From Candidatus Micrarchaeota archaeon (GTDB taxonomy: Archaea > Micrarchaeota > Micrarchaeia > Anstonellales > Bilamarchaeaceae): a stretch of DNA of 64,000 nt. The first letter of the stretch is position 1. The number at the start of each line of letters is the position of its first letter. Both the position numbers and the translations under genes were made by a program. Below are positions 9,100 to 19,549 of this stretch, one piece after another. Location: NCBI GenBank assembly GCA_038046805.1, contig JBBSVO010000007.1, positions 1-64,000 on the forward strand. Direction: 5' to 3'. The notes below the pieces were generated by a model. That model had not been told where the DNA came from. It ran no database searches and worked only from the letters and a program-made list of their open reading frames with translations.

Positions 9100-10038
9100 A
9101 TGGCTTATCAACAAGGAGATACTAATTCGCGTTTTAATGTTAACAACTTACGAACTATCGAGGGTGTTAGAAGTCACCTAAAAGGATTATTAGAAGAAGC
9201 ACGTGACCTGCCAACAATTAAACAAAGGCGCAGTGAATTGACAGATGCATTGCCAATGTTTCATTTTTGCAGGGATTGGATTGAAAAAGGATATTGGAGA
9301 GAACGAGCTGCAGTTCTTGAAGAAACCGCCCAACTTGCCCAGGTTTTTGGATTTGGGATTTCTCCTTTAAAAAAACCGCTCATGCGTGCGATCCGAAGTT
9401 CGGATAATGAAATCCGTTTGGCAGGGTTGCGAGCCGCTGTTTCTAATGAACAGTTGTTAGCATCCTTGGACGCATGGGTTGTGTCATACACAAGCGAACT
9501 AAAACCAAGGGAACAAAACGAAATCGTACTAAAAGCAGTTATACTTGCAGAACAGAGCGGATTTTCTTCAGTGCATGAAACTGCTGTAGAATTAATATTT
9601 AATGCAATTATGTATGGTGAAACAGATATTGTAGCTGGAGATAGGTGTTCAAGATTTATGGTATCAATGCCTGCAGAAAAATACCCATATATTGACAGAG
9701 AGGTACGAGAATTATTGCGCGTTTTTATCTTAGATGAAATAAAAATCAACGCTACTCCTGAAGATACTACGATAATACTTGAACCTTTATTTCAACTTGT
9801 TGTTTGGCTTGCGGGAGAGCGCAAACTACCAGATGTAGCACTCAATTTATCGTATATTCTTGACCATAATGAAAGCTTAATCAGGAAAGCAAGAAGAGCT
9901 CATGTGAGATATAATATAGAACCTGAAGAAGATTGGTTTTTGTTTCATTCTACAAACTATACAATACGCGAAGCACTGAGAAAAATGGGCGTGAACAGAG
10001 ACACGTTTGGTGGGCGACTATCAGAACAACCGATGTGA
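9100..10038 (+). CDS. Hypothetical alpha-helical protein
   Basis: 312-aa ORF with no recognised motif. Confidence 0.65.
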   Translation: MAYQQGDTNSRFNVNNLRTIEGVRSHLKGLLEEARDLPTIKQRRSELTDALPMFHFCRDWIEKGYWRERAAVLEETAQLAQVFGFGISPLKKPLMRAIRSSDNEIRLAGLRAAVSNEQLLASLDAWVVSYTSELKPREQNEIVLKAVILAEQSGFSSVHETAVELIFNAIMYGETDIVAGDRCSRFMVSMPAEKYPYIDREVRELLRVFILDEIKINATPEDTTIILEPLFQLVVWLAGERKLPDVALNLSYILDHNESLIRKARRAHVRYNIEPEEDWFLFHSTNYTIREALRKMGVNRDTFGGRLSEQPM

Positions 10039-10154
10039 CGCTCAATTGCGTGACAAAGATAGACAAATAAGAAAACGAAAATATAAAAAATCGAAAAAAT
10101 TAAGAAAAGAAAAACAAAGAAAAAATAAAGAAAAATCTCAAACAGCGAACCGGA

Positions 10155-12143
10155 TTACACCAGTTTAATTCCCATTGCGAGAATCAAACCAGCGAAAACA
10201 AGCGAAACTGTGTTCACTACTTTTATCAAAGCATTCAATGCAGGGCCAGCCGTATCTTTTAATGGATCTCCGACCGTGTCGCCTACTACTGCTGCCTTGT
10301 GTGTATCGCTTCCTTTTCCACCATACTTTGGATCTGTTTCAACAAGCTTTTTGGCATTGTCCCATGCCGCACCAGATGTGCACATCATGAGAGCTAGAAG
10401 GAACCCGCTTGCAATGACCCCTGCCAAAAGACCGGCAAGCGCATGTACTCCAAATAGGAATCCGACTACAAGAGGGCTGAGCACTGCAAGCAAGCCTGGA
10501 ACCGTAAGCTCCTTCAGCGCAGTCTGCGTGCTGATATCAACGCATCTCGCATAATCTGCCCTTCCTGTGCCTGCCATAAGTCCTTTTATTTCCCTGAACT
10601 GTCTGCGCACTTCTTCCACGATTTGGAATGCCGCACGACCAACTGCAGTCATAAGGAAGCTCGAGAACACAAATGGAAGCAATGCGCCAATGAACAAGCC
10701 TATTACAACATCCGGCTGAAGCAGATCAACCGTGGTAAGCTTTGCCTCTTCTGCAAATGCAACGAAAAGCGCTAGTGCACCAAGAGCAGCGCCTGCAATG
10801 GCAAAACCTTTTGTAGTTGCTTTGGTGGTATTTCCAACCATGTCGAGCGCATCCGTGACTTCCCTGACATTTGATGGAAGTCCGCTCATTTCTGCGATAC
10901 CACCGGCATTATCCGTAATAGGACCGAATGCATCTATTGCAATCACCATGCCGCTAAGGGAAAGCATCGCAGCCGCGGCAAGCGCGACCCCGAAAAGACC
11001 CCCCAGCTTGAAAGATATCGCGATCGCAGCAACGATTACAAGAGCTGGAAGAACAGTGGATTGCATTCCGATTGCCAATCCCTGGATAAGATTTGTCCCT
11101 GCACCTGTTTTTGCTGCATCTGCAATTGATTTTACCGGACCATACTCCTTTCCTGTGTAATATTCCGTGATAAGAAACATTAATGCAGTTACGATTACCC
11201 CAACAACAACTGTCAGGTATAAATTAAACATACCAGCTGTGCTGCCAATAAAGTAAAATGCAAGCACGAGCATTACTATCGACGATGCGCCGATTCCTTT
11301 GTAGAATGCGCGCATTATCTTGGAATTTTTTCCGGAATTACCAGAAAGCTTAACGAAAAACGAGCCTATTACCCATGAAATTCCGCCAAGTCCTGCGATT
11401 AAAAGCGGGAGAAGCACGAACTGTGGCCCTACAGCTGCACCAAGAAGCATTGCAGCAATTACAGTTACTACAAATGATTCAAATACATCTGCAGCCATAC
11501 CTGCACAATCGCCAACGTTGTCTCCAACATTGTCCGCTATAACTGCCGGATTTCTCGGATCATCTTCCGGGATTCCCTTTTCAATCTTTCCAACAAGGTC
11601 TGCACCGACATCAGCGGCTTTTGTATATATTCCTCCGCCAACACGTGCGAATAATGAGATTAATGAAGCACCGAAGCCAAATGCGATTAAAGGAACAAGG
11701 CTTCCGAATGACCAGTAAAGTGAGGTAACTCCTATAAGTCCAAGGCCGACCAATGCCGTTCCCGTGACCGCACCTCCTTTGAAAGCGAGTTCAAATGCCT
11801 TTGCAACTCCAGACTTTGCACCCTCGGCAACACGAACGTTTGCACGGACTGCAATCTGCATCCCTATATAACCGGCAAGAGCGGAGAGGATTACTCCTGC
11901 AATGAATGAAATCCCGCTTTGTATGCTGATGAAATAGGCTATAAGCGCGAATAATACTATTACTATTGGAGCAAGTGTTTTGTATTGCCTAATCAAAAAT
12001 GCGTTTGCACCTTCACTTATCGCTCCGGCAATCTGGTTCATTTTTTCATTTCCCGTTGGAGCGCGGTTTACCGAAAAGGCAAGCCATGCGGAATAAACCA
12101 AAACTACTATACCTGAAACAAATGCCAATAATATTTCATCCAT
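10155..12143 (-). CDS. hppA: Membrane-bound ion-translocating pyrophosphatase, K+-independent type
   Basis: GGGIYTKAADVGADLVGKIE, DNVGDNVGD, GDTVGDPLKD. GNTTKA carries the Lys typical of K+-independent H+-PPases. GGAGG RBS before ATG 12143. Confidence 0.97.
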   Translation of the reverse strand: MDEILLAFVSGIVVLVYSAWLAFSVNRAPTGNEKMNQIAGAISEGANAFLIRQYKTLAPIVIVLFALIAYFISIQSGISFIAGVILSALAGYIGMQIAVRANVRVAEGAKSGVAKAFELAFKGGAVTGTALVGLGLIGVTSLYWSFGSLVPLIAFGFGASLISLFARVGGGIYTKAADVGADLVGKIEKGIPEDDPRNPAVIADNVGDNVGDCAGMAADVFESFVVTVIAAMLLGAAVGPQFVLLPLLIAGLGGISWVIGSFFVKLSGNSGKNSKIMRAFYKGIGASSIVMLVLAFYFIGSTAGMFNLYLTVVVGVIVTALMFLITEYYTGKEYGPVKSIADAAKTGAGTNLIQGLAIGMQSTVLPALVIVAAIAISFKLGGLFGVALAAAAMLSLSGMVIAIDAFGPITDNAGGIAEMSGLPSNVREVTDALDMVGNTTKATTKGFAIAGAALGALALFVAFAEEAKLTTVDLLQPDVVIGLFIGALLPFVFSSFLMTAVGRAAFQIVEEVRRQFREIKGLMAGTGRADYARCVDISTQTALKELTVPGLLAVLSPLVVGFLFGVHALAGLLAGVIASGFLLALMMCTSGAAWDNAKKLVETDPKYGGKGSDTHKAAVVGDTVGDPLKDTAGPALNALIKVVNTVSLVFAGLILAMGIKLV

Positions 12144-12262
12144 TGAGAAAACCTCCAAATTGCGTCTTGTGTTTTGGGTTATTCTACCCTGACTGACAAA
12201 ACAAACTTGAGAATATGGGAAGGATAAGTTTAAAAAGAAACATTAAGCGGAGTTGCCATGTT

Positions 12263-12685
12263 TTACCTAAAGCGCATCACATATTTCTTTACTTCATCTA
12301 TAAACAGGGTTACGTTGGAAAGGCCATTCTTTATTTTCCACATCTCATCAATGGAAAGAGTATAATATTCGTGCGCAATAATGTTCCGGTATTTGACAAG
12401 TTTGTTCATCTTCGCCGCGGTTTCGCCGCTAATTGCCTTGGATTTGGCAAGAATGTCAAATGTTTCCTTATACGTTCCTGGAAGCGACAGACCTGCAGAG
12501 GAGGAAAGGATTTCATTTCCGATATCTATTGCACGGTTCATGACTGAAAATATCACCATCGAAACCGCATAATATTTCTCTCTTTCTGATAAATCATCTT
12601 TTGATGATACGCGCATCTCGCTCAAATCAAAAAGATATTTTTCGATATCCTTTATCATTATTGAAACCTGCTCTTTGTCTAGCAT
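12263..12685 (-). CDS. HEPN/DUF86 RNase toxin
   Basis: YRNIIAHEY (RX4HXY); coupled to the upstream MNT gene. Confidence 0.92.
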   Translation of the reverse strand: MLDKEQVSIMIKDIEKYLFDLSEMRVSSKDDLSEREKYYAVSMVIFSVMNRAIDIGNEILSSSAGLSLPGTYKETFDILAKSKAISGETAAKMNKLVKYRNIIAHEYYTLSIDEMWKIKNGLSNVTLFIDEVKKYVMRFR

Positions 12686-13053
12686 GACAACACCTTTTCA
12701 ACAAACCTGTCCCTCCAGTGCTTTTCATCAAGGTAATGCTTAATGGTCCAGAACTTTAGCTTAGTAAGGAGCTTGTCATCCTTGCTGAAAAGAAGCTGCC
12801 CATCTCTGAAAACGTGATACCGCACTACGAGCGGTAGCTTATGAAATAAGGAGATATCCAGTTTATCGGATGAAAGGTCAAGGGGAGAATCATCTTCGGA
12901 TGTGGTTATGGCACAGATGTCTATATCCGAGTTCTTTCTTTCTTTTCCCTTTGCGACAGAACCAAAAAGTATTGCGGCTTTTACGGATTTTAATCTCCTG
13001 AGTTGTTCGGACAGTTTTTTTACAATGCTTTTGGAATTAACTTCATTGTGCAT
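12679..13053 (-). CDS. Minimal nucleotidyltransferase (MNT) antitoxin
   Basis: LFGSVAKG...SDIDI motif; overlaps the HEPN gene start. Confidence 0.92.
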   Translation of the reverse strand: MHNEVNSKSIVKKLSEQLRRLKSVKAAILFGSVAKGKERKNSDIDICAITTSEDDSPLDLSSDKLDISLFHKLPLVVRYHVFRDGQLLFSKDDKLLTKLKFWTIKHYLDEKHWRDRFVEKVLSC

Positions 13054-13135
13054 ATATATTAATTCGTCTCGTGCATTTTAAATAGTAGCGCAAAAATCTT
13101 AGGCGCTATCCAAAAAAAAGGAACTTGACAACCAA

Positions 13136-13861
13136 TTAGCGGACTTTGGTTCCGCCTTGCGTGATTTCTCGAATTGCCGAGATTACACCCGCTGCAGTTT
13201 TGTGATACGATGTTTTGTCTCGGTAAAAATCCATACAAAACCGTACGAATTTGGGATCAGGAGCATTATGGTCTGTAGCGTCAAACATAAGCTGATTGGA
13301 GGTGAGGACTCTGTAACCTAAGTGTACTGCATCCAATGCGGTTGCATAAACACAGCAGGTTGTTGCATATCCGCACACTACAAGAGTATTCGCACCATTT
13401 TCTTTGAGGCGATCCGAAAGTCTGGGATAACGATGTTTATCATACAACGCATGCGTAATTCTTGCAGTTTCTTCCAGAGATGATGGATAGGCACGTGGAA
13501 AAAAATCCAGTATGCGCGCGAAACTTGGAAGATTTGGTGAATCAAAGGCACTTGTGAGCAATTTTCTGACTTTTACACCTCCTGAGTCAGCGGCCCCAAC
13601 AAGTTTTGGAAGAGGCTCCCCCTCAAGCAAAGTTCCCACAAAGAAAATCGGGATATCGAATTTTCTCACTTCCGTGATTAGAGAATGAAGCCTGGAGATG
13701 CCACGATTAACTGCACGCTTATTACATGTGGTACGCCCATTGTATTTATAAGAAAACGATTCCCGAAGTGGTTCAAGCACATCCACAACAACTACAGCCA
13801 CGCGTTGCGGCGGGGGGGTTCTTTGAACAGGAGTACGTGGAACAAAAGTTTGAAGTGCCAT
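13136..13861 (-). CDS. Isochorismatase-family cysteine hydrolase
   Basis: VVVVD, K...SAF, VVCGYATTCCVYATALDAVHLGYRV. Confidence 0.85.
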   Translation of the reverse strand: MALQTFVPRTPVQRTPPPQRVAVVVVDVLEPLRESFSYKYNGRTTCNKRAVNRGISRLHSLITEVRKFDIPIFFVGTLLEGEPLPKLVGAADSGGVKVRKLLTSAFDSPNLPSFARILDFFPRAYPSSLEETARITHALYDKHRYPRLSDRLKENGANTLVVCGYATTCCVYATALDAVHLGYRVLTSNQLMFDATDHNAPDPKFVRFCMDFYRDKTSYHKTAAGVISAIREITQGGTKVR

Positions 13862-13905
13862 ATTTTATATCCCATCCAAATTTTCCTAAACAGGAACATG
13901 CCCCA

Positions 13906-15561
13906 TCAAAACGTGCAAACCAGCCCGGGACATTTTTTTTCAAAAAATCTGCCCAATTTTTCAATCTGGAATCTCGTGAATATCTGTTCTGCAGTCTCGC
14001 TATGTATAAGTATATCAAATTGCGGAAATGAACATTGCGCAGTATCGGGTTCAAAGCGCCAATCCCGGTTGTGAACGCTCCTGGCTGCCCACAACCTGAA
14101 AACAAGATGCGGATCCGCACTCCCTATGCTTGTAAGTGCATCAATTTCTCGCGCCAAACTTCCCACCGCCTTTGTTCTGACCCTTCCGCACGGATTATTT
14201 ATATTCAAAAAGAATCGCAATGTTCTGGATTGTTCGCCTCTGTGCACATAATAAACGCCCTCTAATTCGCGGATTTTTATATTAAGTCCAAAGGTCGTGC
14301 AAACCGAAAGCACGACCCCCGTAGCTTCTATTGAGAGCCGCTCAAGAAAACGACTGTATGCCTGTATTCTACCCTCCTTTTCAGAAGACACGCAAACCCA
14401 AGACCTTATCCCATCATAGTCACTCTCACGGTGGTCTGCAAGTTCTTTCCATCTTCCAAAGAATTCCGCATCATCGCGTTTCATATACCGCTCAAGATTT
14501 TTCATGTAAAGCCTTATTCCGCGATCCCGACCATCCAAATGAAAAGTCCTCGGTTTAGTAGAAAGGCATTCCGACGGGCCGGCCAACCCAATTTCCCTCA
14601 TCGCATCCAAATATTTAACGAATGTTTCTTTGTCCCTTTTTGCTGCATTGAGCAAACGGACTGCATCGAACTGCCTTATACGATAACAATGACCAGGTGT
14701 GCACGCACGTGTAACGAGCATAACAGGAATTCTGGTCTTTAATCCATCAGGAGAGGTATAATCGAAAAATCGTTCTTTTTTAACAGTCTTTATCCTTTGG
14801 GCAAGAATAGCTTTTAGCTGTGCTTCCTCAAGATTTATCCCATTACTTTCCAAATACCTCTGCACATCTTCCCAAGACAAAAGTGTGCTTCCCAAATCTA
14901 AATCTCCTGCTACTGACTTCGCATCTCTGGAATCCACATAATAATTCCGGTCAGATGGCAGTACGTGAAGGGGTATGAGAACTGTTTTTCCATCGGAATT
15001 TCTCCTGTATGGCAGAAATCTTTCATGATTGAATGTGACTAGAATCTGTTTAATGGCAGCATATGAACGGCTTAATTGGCCGGTCAAATCCTTTAAAGAG
15101 GTTACTTCTACTGGCACAGCATTTATCTCCTCAACAATTGTAAGGACATCGCTTCCTTTGATCCGTTTACCCATTACTGATTCCGAATCTGGAAGTACGA
15201 CACACGGAACACGCACAAAACCATCATTTGTTCTTGGATTGGTCATTAACACCCAGGACTTTCTTGGAATTCCTGTGAGTTCTGCTGCTTCTGTAAGCGT
15301 GTATATGGAATTCGGGTCAATCTTTTCCCGCGCTAGCCCAAGCCTTCCTCCTGTTTGTGGCCTGCGGACAATCATGTGTGCATCAACACGTTTCAAAAAC
15401 TCTTGTTCGGTTTCTCCGTCTTGCTCGCTGGCTAATACTGCCCGTAAGACTGCACGATGAACAAAAGGATTGGCAGCAGTACGGCCAGTGCCGGCATTTC
15501 GCTGCAAATTCTCGGTAATTGTCGCGGAGTCTGGAAATTTCCTTTGCGCATGGGCACACAT
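13906..15561 (-). CDS. Hypothetical protein with an excisionase/MerR-like HTH segment
   Basis: 551-aa ORF, GAGG RBS, YTLTEAAELTGIPRKS segment. Confidence 0.6.
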   Translation of the reverse strand: MCAHAQRKFPDSATITENLQRNAGTGRTAANPFVHRAVLRAVLASEQDGETEQEFLKRVDAHMIVRRPQTGGRLGLAREKIDPNSIYTLTEAAELTGIPRKSWVLMTNPRTNDGFVRVPCVVLPDSESVMGKRIKGSDVLTIVEEINAVPVEVTSLKDLTGQLSRSYAAIKQILVTFNHERFLPYRRNSDGKTVLIPLHVLPSDRNYYVDSRDAKSVAGDLDLGSTLLSWEDVQRYLESNGINLEEAQLKAILAQRIKTVKKERFFDYTSPDGLKTRIPVMLVTRACTPGHCYRIRQFDAVRLLNAAKRDKETFVKYLDAMREIGLAGPSECLSTKPRTFHLDGRDRGIRLYMKNLERYMKRDDAEFFGRWKELADHRESDYDGIRSWVCVSSEKEGRIQAYSRFLERLSIEATGVVLSVCTTFGLNIKIRELEGVYYVHRGEQSRTLRFFLNINNPCGRVRTKAVGSLAREIDALTSIGSADPHLVFRLWAARSVHNRDWRFEPDTAQCSFPQFDILIHSETAEQIFTRFQIEKLGRFFEKKCPGLVCTF

Positions 15562-15680
15562 AATTCTGACCTCAAATACATCGAAGAACTAGTAGGGATA
15601 TATAAGTGGTAACTATTAAAAATGTGCGGGAGTGAATCCGGCGGCTAAAAACAAAGTTGTAAGAATAAAACATGGAAGAC

Positions 15681-16118
15681 TTACGGCGAGCGTTTGCTGA
15701 TTGCATCCAGATGCCTCCTTCTTTTGAACTCGACAAAAAAGAAGGTGCCTATCACTACTGCAAGCACAAGAAGGCTCCCATAAGAGAAACGGTCTATCAG
15801 ATATTCGGTTGGCTTGTTATAAAAGAGATAACGAATCGTAATTTTCAGGCCATGAATGAGTACGCTGAACAGAATCCAGATTATAAAAAGGTTCTTCGGT
15901 CCGAATTTATGCTTTTCAATGAGCGTAAATACTGAAAATGCGACCATCAGTTCCCATGCGATTTGGGTCAGGTTTAGGATAAATGAGTATTGTGGATATT
16001 GCTCGGATATCGGAAGCGCAATTGCATACTGAGAGATTACAATCAGGACTGAGACTAGTAGATAGTATTTGATTGGAAGGACGTACTCTGAAACTTGTTT
16101 TCCGAATAATAGCATCAA
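15681..16118 (-). CDS. Hypothetical membrane protein
   Basis: About four hydrophobic helices; directly downstream of pdxS. Confidence 0.7.
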   Translation of the reverse strand: MMLLFGKQVSEYVLPIKYYLLVSVLIVISQYAIALPISEQYPQYSFILNLTQIAWELMVAFSVFTLIEKHKFGPKNLFIIWILFSVLIHGLKITIRYLFYNKPTEYLIDRFSYGSLLVLAVVIGTFFFVEFKRRRHLDAISKRSP

Positions 16119-16130
16119 AACCGACCGCGA

Positions 16131-17027
16131 TTATACCCCTCTTTTTGCCATCCTGTTTTCTTCCGGCATTCCTGCGACATCCAGCCCCTTCATTGCATCG
16201 CCTAATCCCTCAGATGCCTTTGCAACCGCGTGCGGGTCTTCAAAATGAGCCACTGCATCTACTATTGCCTTTGCCCGCTTTGCAGGGTCGCTGGACTTAA
16301 AGATGCCTGAACCTACGAATACGCCGTCAACACCCAATTGCATGCATAATGAGGCATCGGCCGGAGTTGCGATTCCTCCAGCGGCAAAATTAACGACCGT
16401 GAGACGACCCAATTCCGCAGTTTTCTTCACCAGTTCGAGCGGAACACGATACTCTTCTGATTTCTTTTTTAGTTCCGCTTCGTTGTTTTTTATTTTTGAA
16501 AGTTCCGCGATTTCGGAATTTATCGAACGGATGTGTCGTACGGCTTCAACAATATTTCCAGTGCCTGCTTCTCCTTTTGTTCTCATCATTGCCGCGCCTT
16601 CGTTGATTCTTCTCAGGGCTTCCCCTAAATTGCGCGCACCGCAGACAAACGGAACAGTGAACTTTGTCTTTTCAACATGAAATTGCTCATCTGCCGGAGT
16701 CAAAACCTCGCTTTCGTCAATGAAATCAATTCCAAGTGCTTCAAGCACCTGAGCCTCTGCAAAATGACCTATTCTGCATTTTGCCATAACCGGAATAGTT
16801 ACCGCGGATTTAATCGCCTTAATCATTAGAGGGTCGCTCATTCTTGCAACCCCGCCCTGCGCGCGAATATCTGCAGGAACCCGTTCAAGTGCCATGACTG
16901 CAACTGCACCTGCTTTCTCGGCAATCTTTGCCTGCTCAACATTGGTAACGTCCATTATGACGCCACCTTTGAGCATCTGCGCAAGACCAGATTTTACCGT
17001 GAATGTTCCAGTTTTAGGATTAGACAA
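16131..17027 (-). CDS. pdxS: Pyridoxal 5'-phosphate synthase lyase subunit
   Basis: [47 protein letters not shown] start with GGTGA RBS. Confidence 0.98.
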   Translation of the reverse strand: MSNPKTGTFTVKSGLAQMLKGGVIMDVTNVEQAKIAEKAGAVAVMALERVPADIRAQGGVARMSDPLMIKAIKSAVTIPVMAKCRIGHFAEAQVLEALGIDFIDESEVLTPADEQFHVEKTKFTVPFVCGARNLGEALRRINEGAAMMRTKGEAGTGNIVEAVRHIRSINSEIAELSKIKNNEAELKKKSEEYRVPLELVKKTAELGRLTVVNFAAGGIATPADASLCMQLGVDGVFVGSGIFKSSDPAKRAKAIVDAVAHFEDPHAVAKASEGLGDAMKGLDVAGMPEENRMAKRGV

Positions 17028-17230
17028 AATATCACCTGCTAATTACAGCGACCCCGAAATGTTTTTCGGGTTTGCAGCATATCAAACCAACCTCGCCGAG
17101 ACGTCGGATAAAACTCCGAAAAACTTTGTTGGTTTGATATAGATTGTTTTATATTACATTTGGCAACCAAACAGTTTAAAAAATGGTTTGAACCTGAAAT
17201 ATCATAAAGTTACACCTAACAGTGAATACC

Positions 17231-18523
17231 ATGACTGTGAAACATCGAATCATTGCTGGAACAGTGCTTTTTCTTGGTGCCAGCATTGGCACCGTTTCCA
17301 TGGTGGGAAACCCGTTTTCAAAGGGAAGGCAAGACCCAGTACTGGAAGAACTGCCTGCTCAAAATCCAAAAGGAAAAATCTACGGGGACGGGGACGTCAT
17401 AAAGACCCCGATAGGGGATATAAAGATTATGGGATGGAAACTTGCATTTGATTTAGATAAAGACGGATGCAGCGATCAACATCATAAAAGAATGGAAAGG
17501 TATCAGTTCACCTTATTCCGAGACGACAAAGATCTCGGTCGTGCTGATTGGTGTACCTTGCTTATAGTATACGATCCAGATTTTCATATCCAGTTAGATA
17601 TGGAGAGGCCAGACAATCCCGCATACCTACGAGTCGAACATATACAAGATTATCTCGTTCTTGACCAAAATACATATCAAATCAAACCCACGGTCTTTGT
17701 ATACGATGGTTTTGCGACCAGCGGGCTTCGGATATATTCGGATCATTGTTTGACTTCCTCTACCCTGAGCGGTGCGAATGCGACATACTGGGCCTTTGAG
17801 AATTTCGGGGCAACCGAACCGCCGATCGTGGTGCACGATTACGCAGAATCAGGACACTATGCCCCTACTACAATCGTACTTCCTTCAAAAGAACTTATAT
17901 CAACTAGAACAATTTACGATGGAACCGAATACCTAACCCATGAACTCGGACATGGTTTATATCGGACACTTGATCATTCAGTCGACCTGTTTCCGTATCA
18001 AGCCCAGTGCTGGCCCCCAAAAGCAATCGAATCTATCCATATGGCTTACAGCTCGCTGCGCAATGCGTTTAAACTAGAAAAACCGTGGTTAATTCTGCGC
18101 GATCAACTCACTTATCAGTTCACATTCACAGTTTTCACGATTTTTTCCCCTGATTTCATCCGTCCTTACGCGTTTGAGTACAGCACCTATTTCGCAATGT
18201 TTGATGAATCCAATTATATGACCAAAGGAGTTCGGTTAGGTCATCCGTATACTCACCCTACAGAACTATTCGCCTCTGCACTGACCGTTTTCAGGTTTTA
18301 CCCACGTGAATTTATAGCACGTTATGAATTGCTTTCTGATGAAATAAGGGGAGTTGTACGCGAAGCTGCATTGTTTATTCTCGATGCACTGGAGGTCGCT
18401 GACAATGGGCGAGGCAAAGTAAGCATCCTGATACCAGAATATGAATTATTGAAGGTCGTACTTGAAGCAGGCCAACCGAAGGCAAGCTATTTTATGCTGG
18501 ATTGTCCATTTTCTTCCCAGTAA
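17231..18523 (+). CDS. Membrane-anchored or secreted HExxH zinc metallopeptidase-like protein
   Basis: N-terminal hydrophobic segment, THELGHG, and a downstream ELFA third-ligand-like motif. Confidence 0.65.
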   Translation: MTVKHRIIAGTVLFLGASIGTVSMVGNPFSKGRQDPVLEELPAQNPKGKIYGDGDVIKTPIGDIKIMGWKLAFDLDKDGCSDQHHKRMERYQFTLFRDDKDLGRADWCTLLIVYDPDFHIQLDMERPDNPAYLRVEHIQDYLVLDQNTYQIKPTVFVYDGFATSGLRIYSDHCLTSSTLSGANATYWAFENFGATEPPIVVHDYAESGHYAPTTIVLPSKELISTRTIYDGTEYLTHELGHGLYRTLDHSVDLFPYQAQCWPPKAIESIHMAYSSLRNAFKLEKPWLILRDQLTYQFTFTVFTIFSPDFIRPYAFEYSTYFAMFDESNYMTKGVRLGHPYTHPTELFASALTVFRFYPREFIARYELLSDEIRGVVREAALFILDALEVADNGRGKVSILIPEYELLKVVLEAGQPKASYFMLDCPFSSQ

Positions 18524-18710
18524 GCCGTTAATCGCAAACATAATCAGGGATATTAATTTTGCGGCATAAATCGAGATTGAAAGTAAGTAATACTGTCTGA
18601 ATTTTTCCATGCATTTTATCGTTCATGACCGCATTAGTGATACCAAAAGAAAAATCAATCTTTGACGCGTAAAATCGCTTCAAATATTGAAATTTTTATA
18701 AAAAAATCAA

Positions 18711-18919
18711 TGCTCCGTCCGGGATTCGAACCCGGGTTACTGGAGTTCATCTCTGTCCAGCGTTTCGCGTTCAGCGTTTTGCGCATGACCAGACTGAAAG
18801 TCCAGAGTCCTTGACCGGGATGTCCAACCTCTTTGACTAGTGATGCCTCAGGACTTTTCCGCTGAAGCGCTTTTGTCCTTTGGTTTCATTTGTCAAAAGG
18901 GCTCCTAGACTAACGGAGC
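18711..18919 (-). tRNA. tRNA-Glu(UUC) with two introns (15/16: 18904-18820, 85 nt; 37/38: 18794-18746, 49 nt)
   Basis: Spliced sequence GCTCCGTTAGTCTAG|CCCGGTCAAGGACTCTGGACTTTCA|CTCCAGTAACCCGGGTTCGAATCCCGGACGGAGCA folds as a cloverleaf. BHB-like junctions. Confidence 0.93.
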
Positions 18920-18930
18920 AAACAAATATG

Positions 18931-19515
18931 CTACAATCTCAACGATTCCATGATTTCTCGATGGACATCGCTAATGCTCATTGTAGCATCTACTTTGTGC
19001 CAATTAGGGGTTAAAAACTTATCCTTGGCGAGCTGGAGAAATCGTTCGCGGACTTTTTCAAGATATTCTGCGTTTTCCTCATAGCGGTCTAGCTGCTTTT
19101 GCTTGCGCTTGCGCTCCTGGGATACTGAAGATGGAATGTCAAGCAGAAGAACAGCGTGCGGAACAATGAAATTCATTTTCGCAACAGCCTGCTTTCCATT
19201 TTCGTAATCATACCCGCCAATTGTTTCATACGCGATTGTTGAAAAAACATAGCGGTCCAAAATCACGAATTTTTTTGAATTTAGTGCCGCCCGTACCTGC
19301 TCTTGCTCTTTCATAATGTCTGCAAGAAACAGCTTGAATAAATCCTTTGGTTCAATCTCAATTTTCTTTTCAAGATAATCATTCAATTCCGGGGTGTTGT
19401 GGGTTGGATATTTGAAAACAGCGAGTTCGTTTCCGAATTCCTCGCGAAGGAGATGTATCTGGGTTTCTTTCCCACACCCGTCGATTCCCTCAAAAACAAT
19501 TAACAGCCCCGCCAT
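18931..19515 (-). CDS. tmk: Thymidylate kinase
   Basis: IVFEGIDGCGKETQ, ILDRYVFSTIAY. Confidence 0.93.
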   Translation of the reverse strand: MAGLLIVFEGIDGCGKETQIHLLREEFGNELAVFKYPTHNTPELNDYLEKKIEIEPKDLFKLFLADIMKEQEQVRAALNSKKFVILDRYVFSTIAYETIGGYDYENGKQAVAKMNFIVPHAVLLLDIPSSVSQERKRKQKQLDRYEENAEYLEKVRERFLQLAKDKFLTPNWHKVDATMSISDVHREIMESLRL

Positions 19516-19549
19516 ATCTTCAACCTACCTGCAATTGAACCAAAAGGTT

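Noticed and set aside
10060..10140. A-rich low-complexity tract
   Set aside because: T-rich on the minus strand directly after hppA, consistent with an ordinary archaeal terminator region.
10175..11718. Plus-strand ORFs overlapping hppA (and similar shadows over pdxS, cax, korA, AMP phosphorylase)
   Set aside because: Antisense shadows of well-supported genes, with no RBS or motifs.
12263..13053. MNT-HEPN pair as a novel system
   Set aside because: A well-known, widespread archaeal toxin-antitoxin module.
17231..18919. Integrated element at tRNA-Glu (or tRNA-Tyr)
   Set aside because: No integrase and no duplicated tRNA 3' end (att site) were found in the window.
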